Assembly (NCBI GenBank): GCA_951406725.2
Contig: OX597814.1
Location: 223,696,001 to 223,760,000, forward strand
DNA length: 64,000 bases
From: Octopus vulgaris
Taxonomy: Eukaryota
Reading direction: 5' to 3'
In this document: positions 1-12,219 of the stretch, piece after piece
Numbering within the stretch: the stretch's first letter is position 1
How the letters are laid out: every line of letters begins with the position of its first letter
Notes under the pieces: generated by a model
Databases searched by the model: none
What the model was told of the DNA's origin: nothing
Seen by the model: only the letters and a program-made list of their open reading frames with translations
Made by a program: the position numbers and the translations under genes

Positions 1-232
1 GGGTACCAAACAGCAACCAGACCGTTGCAAATTTGCTCCCCCGAGAAATAAATTTTATAGTTGGCAGGTAGTCCCCCAACTCTTTCTCTATAGTATTCTT
101 GTCGAAGAGGGCAATGGCTCCACGCGACCTAGAATAGGTTCGTAGGACCACCGTCCTCTTCTCAAGACTTTCAATCCACTGCTTTGGTGGGACGACCTCC
201 CATTCCAAAGCGGTGGTTTCTTTTGTTGCCAT
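1..232 (-). CDS. L1/Tx1-type ORF1 (RRM-like + CCHC knuckle), N-terminal part, unit 0
   Basis: ATG at 232-230 (MATKETT...). This copy has 5 C at 38-42, which keeps the frame through ISRGSKFATVWLLFG. Runs off the window edge. Confidence 0.75.
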   Translation of the reverse strand, partial: MATKETTALEWEVVPPKQWIESLEKRTVVLRTYSRSRGAIALFDKNTIEKELGDYLPTIKFISRGSKFATVWLLFGT

Positions 233-982
233 GTTTTTTTTTTTGTTTTTTTTAAATAAATGTATTTAGAATAAAACTAAAAAACGAGAAGAAAAGGAAA
301 TCCGAAGAATGTCACAATGAAAAACGGAGAGAGTCAAATAAAGTTGAAAAGAAAGTCAAATAAAGTTAAAAAGAAAGTCAAAAACACAGCAAAATCCTTT
401 TGGCCATTTGGTACTCCCGGCCTAAATCGAACCAGGATCGCACAACTTCCACAAAAATTGGTGTAAAATTGGTAGTTCTTCACAGCACCATACAATTTTC
501 ACAATTCGAAGACGGATACGCCCCCCAAAATTTTCTCAGCGAGAAAATATATCTGCCACATGTCGGCAGAATCAGAATTCTGAATCCAGTAGGACTTCCT
601 GCATGTAAAAAATAATTCTCAACAAAAACTCCCACTGGACCCAGAAAACAGAATCTTACCTTACATGGGGCTTCCAAAGTTTCAATTCAAGACGGCTTCA
701 AAAGCACATCTTCACTGCTTCAGTAGCAAACACAACACTGACTCGCACATGCGCAGTTAGCAAGCTACTTTATTTTAAATAATTTGCCACTAGGGCAGCA
801 CACAGAGTAGTAGCTACGGGCTGGACAAGGACATTAATGGATGATGGTGGTGGTTGATGAAGATGGTGATGGGAGAAGTCGAAAGCGCCCGCCGACTTTT
901 GCTTCTCTAAAACAATGTTTCAATAAATACATTTAATAAACAATGATTCAAATTGCATAAAAATGTTCAACAATTCTTCTCG

Positions 983-2227
983 TCAGGTCCCCGAAGCAAA
1001 TTGTCTTGCCGCCTGCAGACAACTCTGCGACGACAAGTCGGGGCCTGCAAAGAGAAGGTAAAGTCTTTCTTTTCAAAGGTCTCTGCGACCCTTGACAAAG
1101 TATCTTCTGTTACTTTCTCCGCAGCTACCTGCGGAGGCCATAACGGACTCCTTGAGCCGACCGTGTCCTTACGCTCTCGGTCACCCAAGCCAGTCAAGAA
1201 TCTTTCAACCTTCTCTCCCTTGTGGTAAAGGAGGAGAAGCATCTCCTCTTCACAGGGAGGGACCTCACACTCCTCCGTCGGTGGCACACTTCCCACTGGC
1301 GGAGCCTTGTCCGCGGGTGGCACACATCCCACCCGCGGCTCCGTCGGCGACACAGAAACGTCAGTCGTCCGACCTCTCCTTTTCTCCTCCTTCTTTTGGG
1401 GGAGACTGCTGACCCAGGGGACTCCGTCACCAGACACGGGGGATTGCTATCCCCCTTCGCCCCCTGAGCGTTCTTTGGCGGGCAACCATTGTTGCTCGCC
1501 TTTCTCTTTCTTTTCGTGGAGGCAACCTCCTCCACGACTTCCATCGTCTCCCCCTCCAATGAGGGGGCGGCGGGCGCCTTTTCCCCTCTCTGCTCCGGGG
1601 CACCACTACGGCCCCTGGGACAATTCTTCCTGATATGTCCGGGCTTCAGGCACAGGTGACACTTGGGGGGGCGACCCTCGAGTATCACCGGGTACCTGTG
1701 CCCAGCCATTCTCAGGAAGTCCGGGAATTTCATTTGCCCCACGGCTACCGGTGTCCACAGGGTCAAGGTTGCCCTCGACCCCTGCCAGGCGACCGCGGGA
1801 GCCACCTTCACACTTAGCAGTCTGGGTCCGCTATCCCCCAGGCCTCGCCGGATGGTCTTTTCGATCCATTCCGCCTCCGTGCCCGGGGGCAGCCCACACA
1901 CCCAGGCTCTTTTCACTTTTCTGCCACAATACGAGGGGAGGAACAAAATTTCCTCTCCCTCCAGTGGCTCGCTAGCAAATCTGCTAGCTTCCTCGGGGGT
2001 ACCAAACAGCAACCAGACCGTTGCAAATTTGCTCCCCGAGAAATAAATTTTATAGTTGGCAGGTAGTCCCCCAACTCTTTCTCTATAGTATTCTTGTCGA
2101 AGAGGGCAATGGCTCCACGCGACCTAGAATAGGTTCGTAGGACCACCGTCCTCTTCTCAAGACTTTCAATCCACTGCTTTGGTGGGACGACCTCCCATTC
2201 CAAAGCGGTGGTTTCTTTTGTTGACAT
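983..2227 (-). CDS. L1/Tx1-type ORF1 gag-like protein, unit 1 (split by homopolymer indels)
   Basis: ORF pieces 1913..2227, 1194..2012 and 967..1437 join into one protein with motif ILEGRPPK-CHLCLKPGHIRKNC (CX2CX4HX4C) and VCGLPPGTEAEWIEKTI (RRM-like). Start variant MSTKETT. Confidence 0.8.
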
Positions 2228-2984
2228 AAGTTTTTTTTTTGTTTTTTTTTTTTTTAAATAAATGTATTTAGAATAAAACTAAAAAACGAGAAGAAAAGGG
2301 AAATCCGAAGAATGTCACAATGAAAAACGGAGAGAGTCAAATAAAGTTGAAAAGAAAGTCAAATAAAGTTAAAAAGAAAGTCAAAAACACAGCAAAATCC
2401 TTTTGGCCATTTGGTACTCCCGGCCTAAATCGAACCAGGATCGCACAGCTTCCACAAAAATTGGTGTAAAATTGGTAGTTCTTCACAGCACCATACAATT
2501 TTCACAATTCGAAGACGGATACGCCCCCAAAATTTTCTCAGCGAGAAAATATATCTGCCACATGTCGGCAGAATCAGAATTCTGAATCCAGTAGGACTTC
2601 CTGCATGTAAAAATTAATTCTCAACAAAAACTCCCACTGGACCCAGAAAACAGAATCTTACCTTACATGGGGCTTCCAAAGTTTCAATTCAAGACGGCTT
2701 CAAAAGCACATCTTCACTGCTTCAGTAGCAAACACAACACTGACTCGCACATGCGCAGTTAGCAAGCTACTTTATTTTAAATAATTTGCCACTAGGGCAG
2801 CACACAGAGTAGTAGCTACGGGCTGGACAAGGACATTAATGGATGATGGTGGTGGTTGATGAAGATGGTGATGGGAGAAGTCGAAAGCGCCCGCCGACTT
2901 TTGCTTCTCTAAAACAATGTTTCAATAAATACATTTAATAAACAATGATTCAAATTGCATAAAAATGTTCAACAATTCTTCTCG

Positions 2985-4231
2985 TCAGGTCCCCGAAGCA
3001 AATTGTCTTGCCGCCTGCAGACAACTCTGCGACGACAAGTCGGGGCCTGCAAAGAGAAAGGTAAAGTCTTTCTTTTCAAAGGTCTCTGCGACCCTTGACA
3101 AAGTATCTTCTGTTACTTTCTCCGCAGCTACCTGCGGAGGCCATAACGGACTCCTTGAGCCGACCGTGTCCTTACGCTCTCGGTCACCCAAGCCAGTCAA
3201 GAATCTTTCAACCTTCTCTCCCTTGTGGTAAAGGAGGAGAAGCATCTCCTCTTCACAGGGAGGGACCTCACACTCCTCCGTCGGTGGCACACTTCCCACT
3301 GGCGGAGCCTTGTCCGCGGGTGGCACACATCCCACCCGCGGCTCCGTCGGCGACACAGAAACGTCAGTCGTCCGACCTCTCCTTTTTCTCCTCCTTCTTT
3401 TGGGGGAGACTGCTGACCCAGGGGACTCCGTCACCAGACACGGGGGATTGCTATCCCCCTTCGCCCCCTGAGCGTTCTTTGGCGGGCAACCATTGTTGCT
3501 CGCCTTTCTCTTTCTTTTCGTGGAGGCAACCTCCTCCACGACTTCCATCGTCTCCCCCTCCAATGAGGGGGCGGCGGGCGCCTTTTCCCCCTCTTTGCTC
3601 CGGGGCACCACTACGGCCCCTGGGACAATTCTTCCTGATATGTCCGGGCTTCAGGCACAGGTGACACTTGGGGGGGCGACCCTCGAGTATCACCGGGTAC
3701 CTGTGCCCAGCCATTCTCAGGAAGTCCGGGAATTTCATTTCCCCACGGCTATCGGTGTCCACAGGGTCAAGGTTGCCCTCGACCCCTGCCAGGCGACCGC
3801 AGGAGCCACCTTCACACTTAGCAGTCTGGGTCCGCTATCCCCCAGGCCTCGCCGGATGGTCTTTTCGATCCATTCCGCCTCCGTGCCCGGGGGCAGCCCA
3901 CACACCCAGGCTCTTTTCACTTTTCTGCCACAATACGAGGGGAGGAACAAAATTTCCTCTCCCTCCAGTGGCTCGCTAGCAAATCTGCTAGCTTCCTCGG
4001 GGGTACCAAATAGCAACCAGACCGTTGCAAATTTGCTCCCCGAGAAATAAATTTTATAGTTGGCAGGTAGTCCCCCAACTCTTTCTCTATAGTATTCTTG
4101 TCGAAGAGGGCAATGGCTCCACGCGACCTAGAATAGGTTCGTAGGACCACCGTCCTCTTCTCAAGACTTTCAATCCACTGCTTTGGTGGGACGACCTCCC
4201 ATTCCAAAGCGGTGGTTTCTTTTGTTGCCAT
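2985..4231 (-). CDS. L1/Tx1-type ORF1, unit 2 (frameshifted)
   Basis: Same protein in four ORF pieces; indels fall in C/G runs; stop at 2985-2987. Confidence 0.8.
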
Positions 4232-4983
4232 GTTTTTTTTTGTTTTTTTTTTTTTAAATAAATGTATTTAGAATAAAACTAAAAAACGAGAAGAAAAGGA
4301 AATCCGAAGAATGTCACAATGAAAAACGGAGAGAGTCAAATAAAGTTGAAAAGAAAGTCAAATAAAGTTAAAAAGAAAGTCAAAAACACAGCAAAATCCT
4401 TTTGGCCATTTGGTACTCCCGGCCTAAATCGAACCAGGATCGCACAGCTTCCACAAAAATTGGTGTAAAATTGGTAGTTCTTCACAGCACCATACAATTT
4501 TCACAATTCGAAGACGGATACGCCCCCAAAATTTTCTCAGCGAGAAAATATATCTGCCACATGTCGGCAGAATCAGAATTCTGAATCCAGTAGGACTTCC
4601 TGCATGTAAAAATTAATTCTCAACAAAAACTCCCACTGGACCCAGAAAACAGAATCTTACCTTACATGGGGCTTCCAAAGTTTCAATTCAAGACGGCTTC
4701 AAAAGCACATCTTCACTGCTTCAGTAGCAAACACAACACTGACTCGCACATGCGCAGTTAGCAAGCTACTTTATTTTAAATAATTTGCCACTAGGGCAGC
4801 ACACAGAGTAGTAGCTACGGGCTGGACAAGGACATTAATGGATGATGGTGGTGGTTGATGAAGATGGTGATGGGAGAAGTCGAAAGCGCCCGCCGACTTT
4901 TGCTTCTCTAAAACAATGTTTCAATAAATACATTTAATAAACAATGATTCAAATTGCATAAAAATGTTCAACAATTCTTCTCG

Positions 4984-6231
4984 TCAGGTCCCCGAAGCAA
5001 ATTGTCTTGCCGCCTGCAGACAACTCTGCGACGACAAGTCGGGGCCTGCAAAGAGAAAGGTAAAGTCTTTCTTTTCAAAGGTCTCTGCGACCCTTGACAA
5101 AGTATCTTTCTGTTACTTTCTCCGCAGCTACCTGCGGAGGCCATAACGGACTCCTTGAGCCGACCGTGTCCTTACGCTCTCGGTCACCCAAGCCAGTCAA
5201 GAATCTTTCAACCTTCTCTCCCTTGTGGTAAAGGAGGAGAAGCATCTCCTCTTCACAGGGAGGGACCTCACACTCCTCCGTCGGTGGCACACTTCCCACT
5301 GGCGGAGCCTTGTCCGCGGGTGGCACACATCCCACCCGCGGCTCCGTCGGCGACACAGAAACGTCAGTCGTCCGACCTCTCCTTTTTCTCCTCCTTCTTT
5401 TGGGGGAGACTGCTGACCCAGGGGACTCCGTCACCAGACACGGGGGATTGCTATCCCCCTTCGCCCCCTGAGCGTTCTTTGGCGGGCAACCATTGTTGCT
5501 CGCCTTTCTCTTTCTTTTCGTGGAGGCAACCTCCTCCACGACTTCCATCGTCTCCCCCTCCAATGAGGGGGCGGCGGGCGCCTTTTCCCCTCTTTGCTCC
5601 GGGGCACCACTACGGCCCCTGGGACAATTCTTCCTGATATGTCCGGGCTTCAGGCACAGGTGACACTTGGGGGGGCGACCCTCGAGTATCACCGGGTACC
5701 TGTGCCCAGCCATTCTCAGGAAGTCCGGGAATTTCATTTCCCCCACGGCTATCGGTGTCCACAGGGTCACGGTTGCCCTCGACCCCTGCCAGGCGACCGC
5801 AGGAGCCACCTTCACACTTAGCAGTCTGGGTCCGCTATCCCCCAGGCCTCGCCGGATGGTCTTTTCGATCCATTCCGCCTCCGTGCCCGGGGGCAGCCCA
5901 CACACCCAGGCTCTTTTCACTTTTCTGCCACAATACGAGGGGAGGAACAAAATTTCCTCTCCCTCCAGTGGCTCGCTAGCAAATCTGCTAGCTTCCTCGG
6001 GGGTACCAAATAGCAACCAGACCGTTGCAAATTTGCTCCCCGAGAAATAAATTTTATAGTTGGCAGGTAGTCCCCCAACTCTTTCTCTATAGTATTCTTG
6101 TCGAAGAGGGCAATGGCTCCACGCGACCTAGAATAGGTTCGTAGGACCACCGTCCTCTTCTCAAGACTTTCAATCCACTGCTTTGGTGGGACGACCTCCC
6201 ATTCCAAAGCGGTGGTTTCTTTTGTTGCCAT
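4984..6231 (-). CDS. L1/Tx1-type ORF1, unit 3 (frameshifted)
   Basis: Longest open piece 5075..6016 (313 aa) includes the zinc knuckle and basic KRRRRKRR tract. Total span 1248 nt = 415 aa + stop after correcting one -1 and one +1 indel. Confidence 0.8.
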
Positions 6232-6984
6232 GTTTTTTTTTTTTTTTTTTTTTTTAAATAAATGTATTTAGAATAAAACTAAAAAACGAGAAGAAAAGGA
6301 AATCCGAAGAATGTCACAATGAAAAACGGAGAGAGTCAAATAAAGTTGAAAAGAAAGTCAAATAAAGTTAAAAAGAAAGTCAAAAACACAGCAAAATCCT
6401 TTTGGCCATTTGGTACTCCCGGCCTAAATCGAACCAGGATCGCACAGCTTCCACAAAAATTGGTGTAAAATTGGTAGTTCTTCACAGCACCATACAATTT
6501 TCACAATTCGAAGACGGATACGCCCCCCAAAATTTTCTCAGCGAGAAAATATATCTGCCACATGTCGGCAGAATCAGAATTCTGAATCCAGTAGGACTTC
6601 CTGCATGTAAAAATTAATTCTCAACAAAAACTCCCACTGGACCCAGAAAACAGAATCTTACCTTACATGGGGCTTCCAAAGTTTCAATTCAAGACGGCTT
6701 CAAAAGCACATCTTCACTGCTTCAGTAGCAAACACAACACTGACTCGCACATGCGCAGTTAGCAAGCTACTTTATTTTAAATAATTTGCCACTAGGGCAG
6801 TACACAGAGTAGTAGCTACGGGCTGGACAAGGACATTAATGGATGATGGTGGTGGTTGATGAAGATGGTGATGGGAGAAGTCGAAAGCGCCCGCCGACTT
6901 TTGCTTCTCTAAAACAATGTTTCAATAAATACATTTAATAAACAATGATTCAAATTGCATAAAAATGTTCAATAATTCTTCTCG

Positions 6985-8229
6985 TCAGGTCCCCGAAGCA
7001 AATTGTCTTGCCGCCTGCAGACAACTCTGCGACGACAAGTCGGGGCCTGCAAAGAGAAAGGTAAAGTCTTTCTTTTCAAAGGTCTCTGCGACCCTTGACA
7101 AAGTATCTTCTGTTACTTTCTCCGCAGCTACCTGCGGAGGCCATAACGGACTCCTTGAGCCGACCGTGTCCTTACGCTCTCGGTCACCCAAGCCAGTCAA
7201 GAATCTTTCAACCTTCTCTCCCTTGTGGTAAAGGAGGAGAAGCATCTCCTCTTCACAGGGAGGGACCTCACACTCCTCCGTCGGTGGCACACTTCCCACT
7301 GGCGGAGCCTTGTCCGCGGGTGGCACACATCCCACCCGCGGCTCCGTCGGCGACACAGAAACGTCAGTCGTCCGACCTCTCCTTTTTCTCCTCCTTCTTT
7401 TGGGGGAGACTGCTGACCCAGGGGACTCCGTCACCAGACACGGGGGATTGCTATCCCCCTTCGCCCCCTGAGCGTTCTTTGGCGGGCAACCATTGTTGCT
7501 CGCCTTTCTCTTCTTTTCGTGGAGGCAACCTCCTCCACGACTTCCATCGTCTCCCCCTCCAATGAGGGGGCGGCGGGCGCCTTTTCCCCTCTCTGCTCCG
7601 GGGCACCACTACGGCCCCTGGGACAATTCTTCCTGATATGTCCGGGCTTCAGGCACAGGTGACACTTGGGGGGGCGACCCTCGAGTATCACCGGGTACCT
7701 GTGCCCAGCCATTCTCAGGAAGTCCGGGAATTTCATTTGCCCCACGGCTACCGGTGTCCACAGGGTCAAGGTTGCCCTCGACCCCTGCCAGGCGACCGCG
7801 GGAGCCACCTTCACACTTAGCAGTCTGGGTCCGCTATCCCCCAGGCCTCGCCGGATGGTCTTTTCGATCCATTCCGCCTCCGTGCCCGGGGCAGCCCACA
7901 CACCCAGGCTCTTTTCACTTTTCTGCCACAATACGAGGGGAGGAACAAAATTTCCTCTCCCTCCAGTGGCTCGCTAGCAAATCTGCTAGCTTCCTCGGGG
8001 GTACCAAACAGCAACCAGACCGTTGCAAATTTGCTCCCCGAGAAATAAATTTTATAGTTGGCAGGTAGTCCCCCAACTCTTTCTCTATAGTATTCTTGTC
8101 GAAGAGGGCAATGGCTCCACGCGACCTAGAATAGGTTCGTAGGACCACCGTCCTCTTCTCAAGACTTTCAATCCACTGCTTTGGTGGGACGACCTCCCAT
8201 TCCAAAGCGGTGGTTTCTTTTGTTGCCAT
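6985..8229 (-). CDS. L1/Tx1-type ORF1, unit 4 (frameshifted)
   Basis: ORF pieces 7915..8229, 7817..8014, 7431..7931 and 6985..7434. Confidence 0.8.
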
Positions 8230-8980
8230 GTTTTTTTTTGTTTTTTTTTAAATAAATGTATTTAGAATAAAACTAAAAAACGAGAAGAAAAGGAAATCCG
8301 AAGAATGTCACAATGAAAAACGGAGAGAGTCAAATAAAGTTGAAAAGAAAGTCAAATAAAGTTAAAAAGAAAGTCAAAAACACAGCAAAATCCTTTTGGC
8401 CATTTGGTACTCCCGGCCTAAATCGAACCAGGATCGCACAACTTCCACATAAATTGGTGTAAAATTGGTAGTTCTTCACAGCACCATACAATTTTCACAA
8501 TTCGAAGACGGATACGCCCCCCCAAAATTTTCTCAGCGAGAAAAATATATCTGCCACATGTCGGCAGAATCAGAATTCTGAATCCAGTAGGACTTCCTGC
8601 ATGTAAAAAATAATTCTCAACAAAAACTCCCACTGGACACAGAAAACAGAATCTTACCTTACATGGGGCTTCCAAAGTTTCAATTCAAGACGGCTTCAAA
8701 AGCACATCTTCACTGCTTCAGTAGCAAACACAACACTGACTCGCACATGCGCAGTTAGCAAGCTACTTTATTTTAAATAATTTGCCACTAGGGCAGTACA
8801 CAGAGTAGTAGCTACGGGCTGGACAAGGACATTAATGGATGATGGTGGTGGTTGATGAAGATGGTGATGGGAGAAGTCGAAAGCGCCCGCCGACTTTTGC
8901 TTCTCTAAAACAATGTTTCAATAAATACATTTAATAAACAATGATTCAAATTGCATAAAAATGTTCAACAATTCTTCTCG

Positions 8981-10225
8981 TCAGGTCCCCGAAGCAAATT
9001 GTCTTGCCGCCTGCAGACAACTCTGCGACGACAAGTCGGGGCCTGCAAAGAGAAAGGTAAAGTCTTTCTTTTCAAAGGTCTCTGCGACCCTTGACAAAGT
9101 ATCTTCTGTTACTTTCTCCGCAGCTACCTGCGGAGGCCATAACGGACTCCTTGAGCCGACCGTGTCCTTACGCTCTCGGTCACCCAAGCCAGTCAAGAAT
9201 CTTTCAACCTTCTCTCCCTTGTGGTAAAGGAGGAGAAGCATCTCCTCTTCACAGGGAGGGACCTCACACTCCTCCGTCGGTGGCACACTTCCCACTGGCG
9301 GAGCCTTGTCCGCGGGTGGCACACATCCCACCCGCGGCTCCGTCGGCGACACAGAAACGTCAGTCGTCCGACCTCTTCTTTTCTCCTCCTTCTTTTGGGG
9401 GAGACTGCTGACCCAGGGGACTCTGTCACCAGACACGGGGGATTGCTATCCCCCTTCGCCCCCTGAGCGTTCTTTGGCGGGCAACCATTGTTGCTCGCCT
9501 TTCTCTTTCTTTTCGTGGAGGCAACCTCCTCCACGACTTCCATCGTCTCCCCCTCCAATGAGGGGGCGGCGGGCGCCTTTTCCCCTATCTGCTCCGGGGC
9601 ACCACTACGGCCCCTGGGACAATTCTTCCTGATATGTCCGGGCTTCAGGCACAGGTGACACTTGGGGGGGCGACCCTCGAGTATCACCGGGTACCTGTGC
9701 CCAGCCATTCTCAGGAAGTCCGGGAATTTCATTTGCCCCACGGCTACCGGTGTCCACAGGGTCAAGGTTGCCCTCGACCCCTGCCAGGCGACCGCGGGAG
9801 CCACCTTCACACTTAGCAGTCTGGGTCCGCTATCCCCCAGGCCTCGCCGGATGGTCTTTTCGATCCATTCCGCCTCCGTGCCCGGGGGCAGCCCACACAC
9901 CCAGGCTCTTTTCACTTTTCTGCCACAATACGAGGGGAGGAACAAAATTTCCTCTCCCTCCAGTGGCTCGCTAGCAAATCTGCTAGCTTCCTCGGGGTAC
10001 CAAATAGCAACCAGACCGTTGCAAATTTGCTCCCCGAGAAATAAATTTTATAGTTGGCAGGTAGTCCCCCAACTCTTTCTCTATAGTATTCTTGTCGAAG
10101 AGGGCAATGGCTCCACGCGACCTAGAATAGGTTCGTAGGACCACCGTCCTCTTCTCAAGACTTTCAATCCACTGCTTTGGTGGGACGACCTCCCATTCCA
10201 AAGCGGTGGTTTCTTTTGTTGCCAT
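8981..10225 (-). CDS. L1/Tx1-type ORF1, unit 5 (frameshifted)
   Basis: ORF pieces 9983..10225, 9193..9945 and 8981..9436. Confidence 0.8.
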
Positions 10226-10973
10226 GTTTTTTTTGTTTTTTTTTAAATAAATGTATTTAGAATAAAACTAAAAAACGAGAAGAAAAGGAAATCCGAAGAA
10301 TGTCACAATGAAAAACGGAGAGAGTCAAATAAAGTTGAAAAGAAAGTCAAATAAAGTTAAAAAGAAAGTCAAAAACACAGCAAAATCCTTTTGGCCATTT
10401 GGTACTCCCGGCCTAAATCGAACCAGGGTCGCACAACTTCCACATAAATTGGTGTAAAATTGGTAGTTCTTCACAGCACCATACAATTTTCACAATTCGA
10501 AGACGGATACGCCCCCCAAATTTTCTCAGCGAGAAAAATATATCTGCCACATGTCGGCAGAATCAGAATTCTGAATCCAGTAGGACTTCCTGCATGTAAA
10601 AAATAATTCTCAACAAAAACTCCCACTGGACACAGAAAACAGAATCTTACCTTACATGGGGCTTCCAAAGTTTCAATTCAAGACGGCTTCAAAAGCACAT
10701 CTTCACTGCTTCAGTAGCAAACACAACACTGACTCGCACATGCGCAGTTAGCAAGCTACTTTATTTTAAATAATTTGCCACTAGGGCAGTACACAGAGTA
10801 GTAGCTACGGGCTGGACAAGGACATTAATGGATGATGGTGGTGGTTGATGAAGATGGTGATGGGAGAAGTCGAAAGCGCCCGCCGACTTTTGCTTCTCTA
10901 AAACAATGTTTCAATAAATACATTTAATAAACAATGATTCAAATTGCATAAAAATGTTCAACAATTCTTCTCG

Positions 10974-12219
10974 TCAGGTCCCCGAAGCAAATTGTCTTGC
11001 CGCCTGCAGACAACTCTGCGACGACAAGTCGGGGCCTGCAAAGAGAAAGGTAAAGTCTTTCTTTTCAAAGGTCTCTGCGACCCTTGACAAAGTATCTTCT
11101 GTTACTTTCTCCGCAGCTACCTGCGGAGGCCATAACGGACTCCTTGAGCCGACCGTGTCCTTACGCTCTCGGTCACCCAAGCCAGTCAAGAATCTTTCAA
11201 CCTTCTCTCCCTTGTGGTAAAGGAGGAGAAGCATCTCCTCTTCACAGGGAGGGACCTCACACTCCTCCGTCGGTGGCACACTTCCCACTGGCGGAGCCTT
11301 GTCCGCGGGTGGCACACATCCCACCCGCGGCTCCGTCGGCGACACAGAAACGTCAGTCGTCCGACCTCTTCTTTTCTCCTCCTTCTTTTGGGGGAGACTG
11401 CTGACCCAGGGGACTCTGTCACCAGACACGGGGGATTGCTATCCCCCTTCGCCCCCTGAGCGTTCTTTGGCGGGCAACCATTGTTGCTCGCCTTTCTCTT
11501 TCTTTTCGTGGAGGCAACCTCCTCCACGACTTCCATCGTCTCCCCCTCCAATGAGGGGGCGGCGGGCGCCTTTTCCCCTATCTGCTCCGGGGCACCACTA
11601 CGGCCCCTGGGACAATTCTTCCTGATATGTCCGGGCTTCAGGCACAGGTGACACTTGGGGGGGCGACCCTCGAGTATCACCGGGTACCTGTGCCCAGCCA
11701 TTCTCAGGAAGTCCGGGAATTTCATTTGCCCCACGGCTACCGGTGTCCACAGGGTCAAGGTTGCCCTCGACCCCTGCCAGGCGACCGCGGGAGCCACCTT
11801 CACACTTAGCAGTCTGGGTCCGCTATCCCCCAGGCCTCGCCGGATGGTCTTTTCGATCCATTCCGCCTCCGTGCCCGGGGGCAGCCCACACACCCAGGCT
11901 CTTTTCACTTTTCTGCCACAATACGAGGGGAGGAACAAAATTTCCTCTCCCTCCAGTGGCTCGCTAGCAAATCTGCTAGCTTCCTCGGGGGTACCAAATA
12001 GCAACCAGACCGTTGCAAATTTGCTCCCCGAGAAATAAATTTTATAGTTGGCAGGTAGTCCCCCAACTCTTTCTCTATAGTATTCTTGTCGAAGAGGGCA
12101 ATGGCTCCACGCGACCTAGAATAGGTTCGTAGGACCACCGTCCTCTTCTCAAGACTTTCAATCCACTGCTTTGGTGGGACGACCTCCCATTCCAAAGCGG
12201 TGGTTTCTTTTGTTGCCAT
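10974..12219 (-). CDS. L1/Tx1-type ORF1, unit 6 (frameshifted)
   Basis: ORF pieces 11905..12219, 11186..12004 and 10974..11429. Confidence 0.8.

Noticed and set aside
771-800. Helitron origin of the array (CTAG and hairpin near the unit end)
   Set aside because: CTAG lies inside the hairpin rather than at the terminus, there is no 5' TC or A|T insertion site, and a 15-bp target-like duplication is present.
2025-2045. Programmed ribosomal frameshift
   Set aside because: No canonical X XXY YYZ slippery site at the break, and two copies read through in frame.
983-2227. LTR-retrotransposon gag
   Set aside because: No LTRs, primer-binding site or protease/pol. The motif context (RRM-like region, then xxEGxP-CCHC) fits non-LTR ORF1 better.
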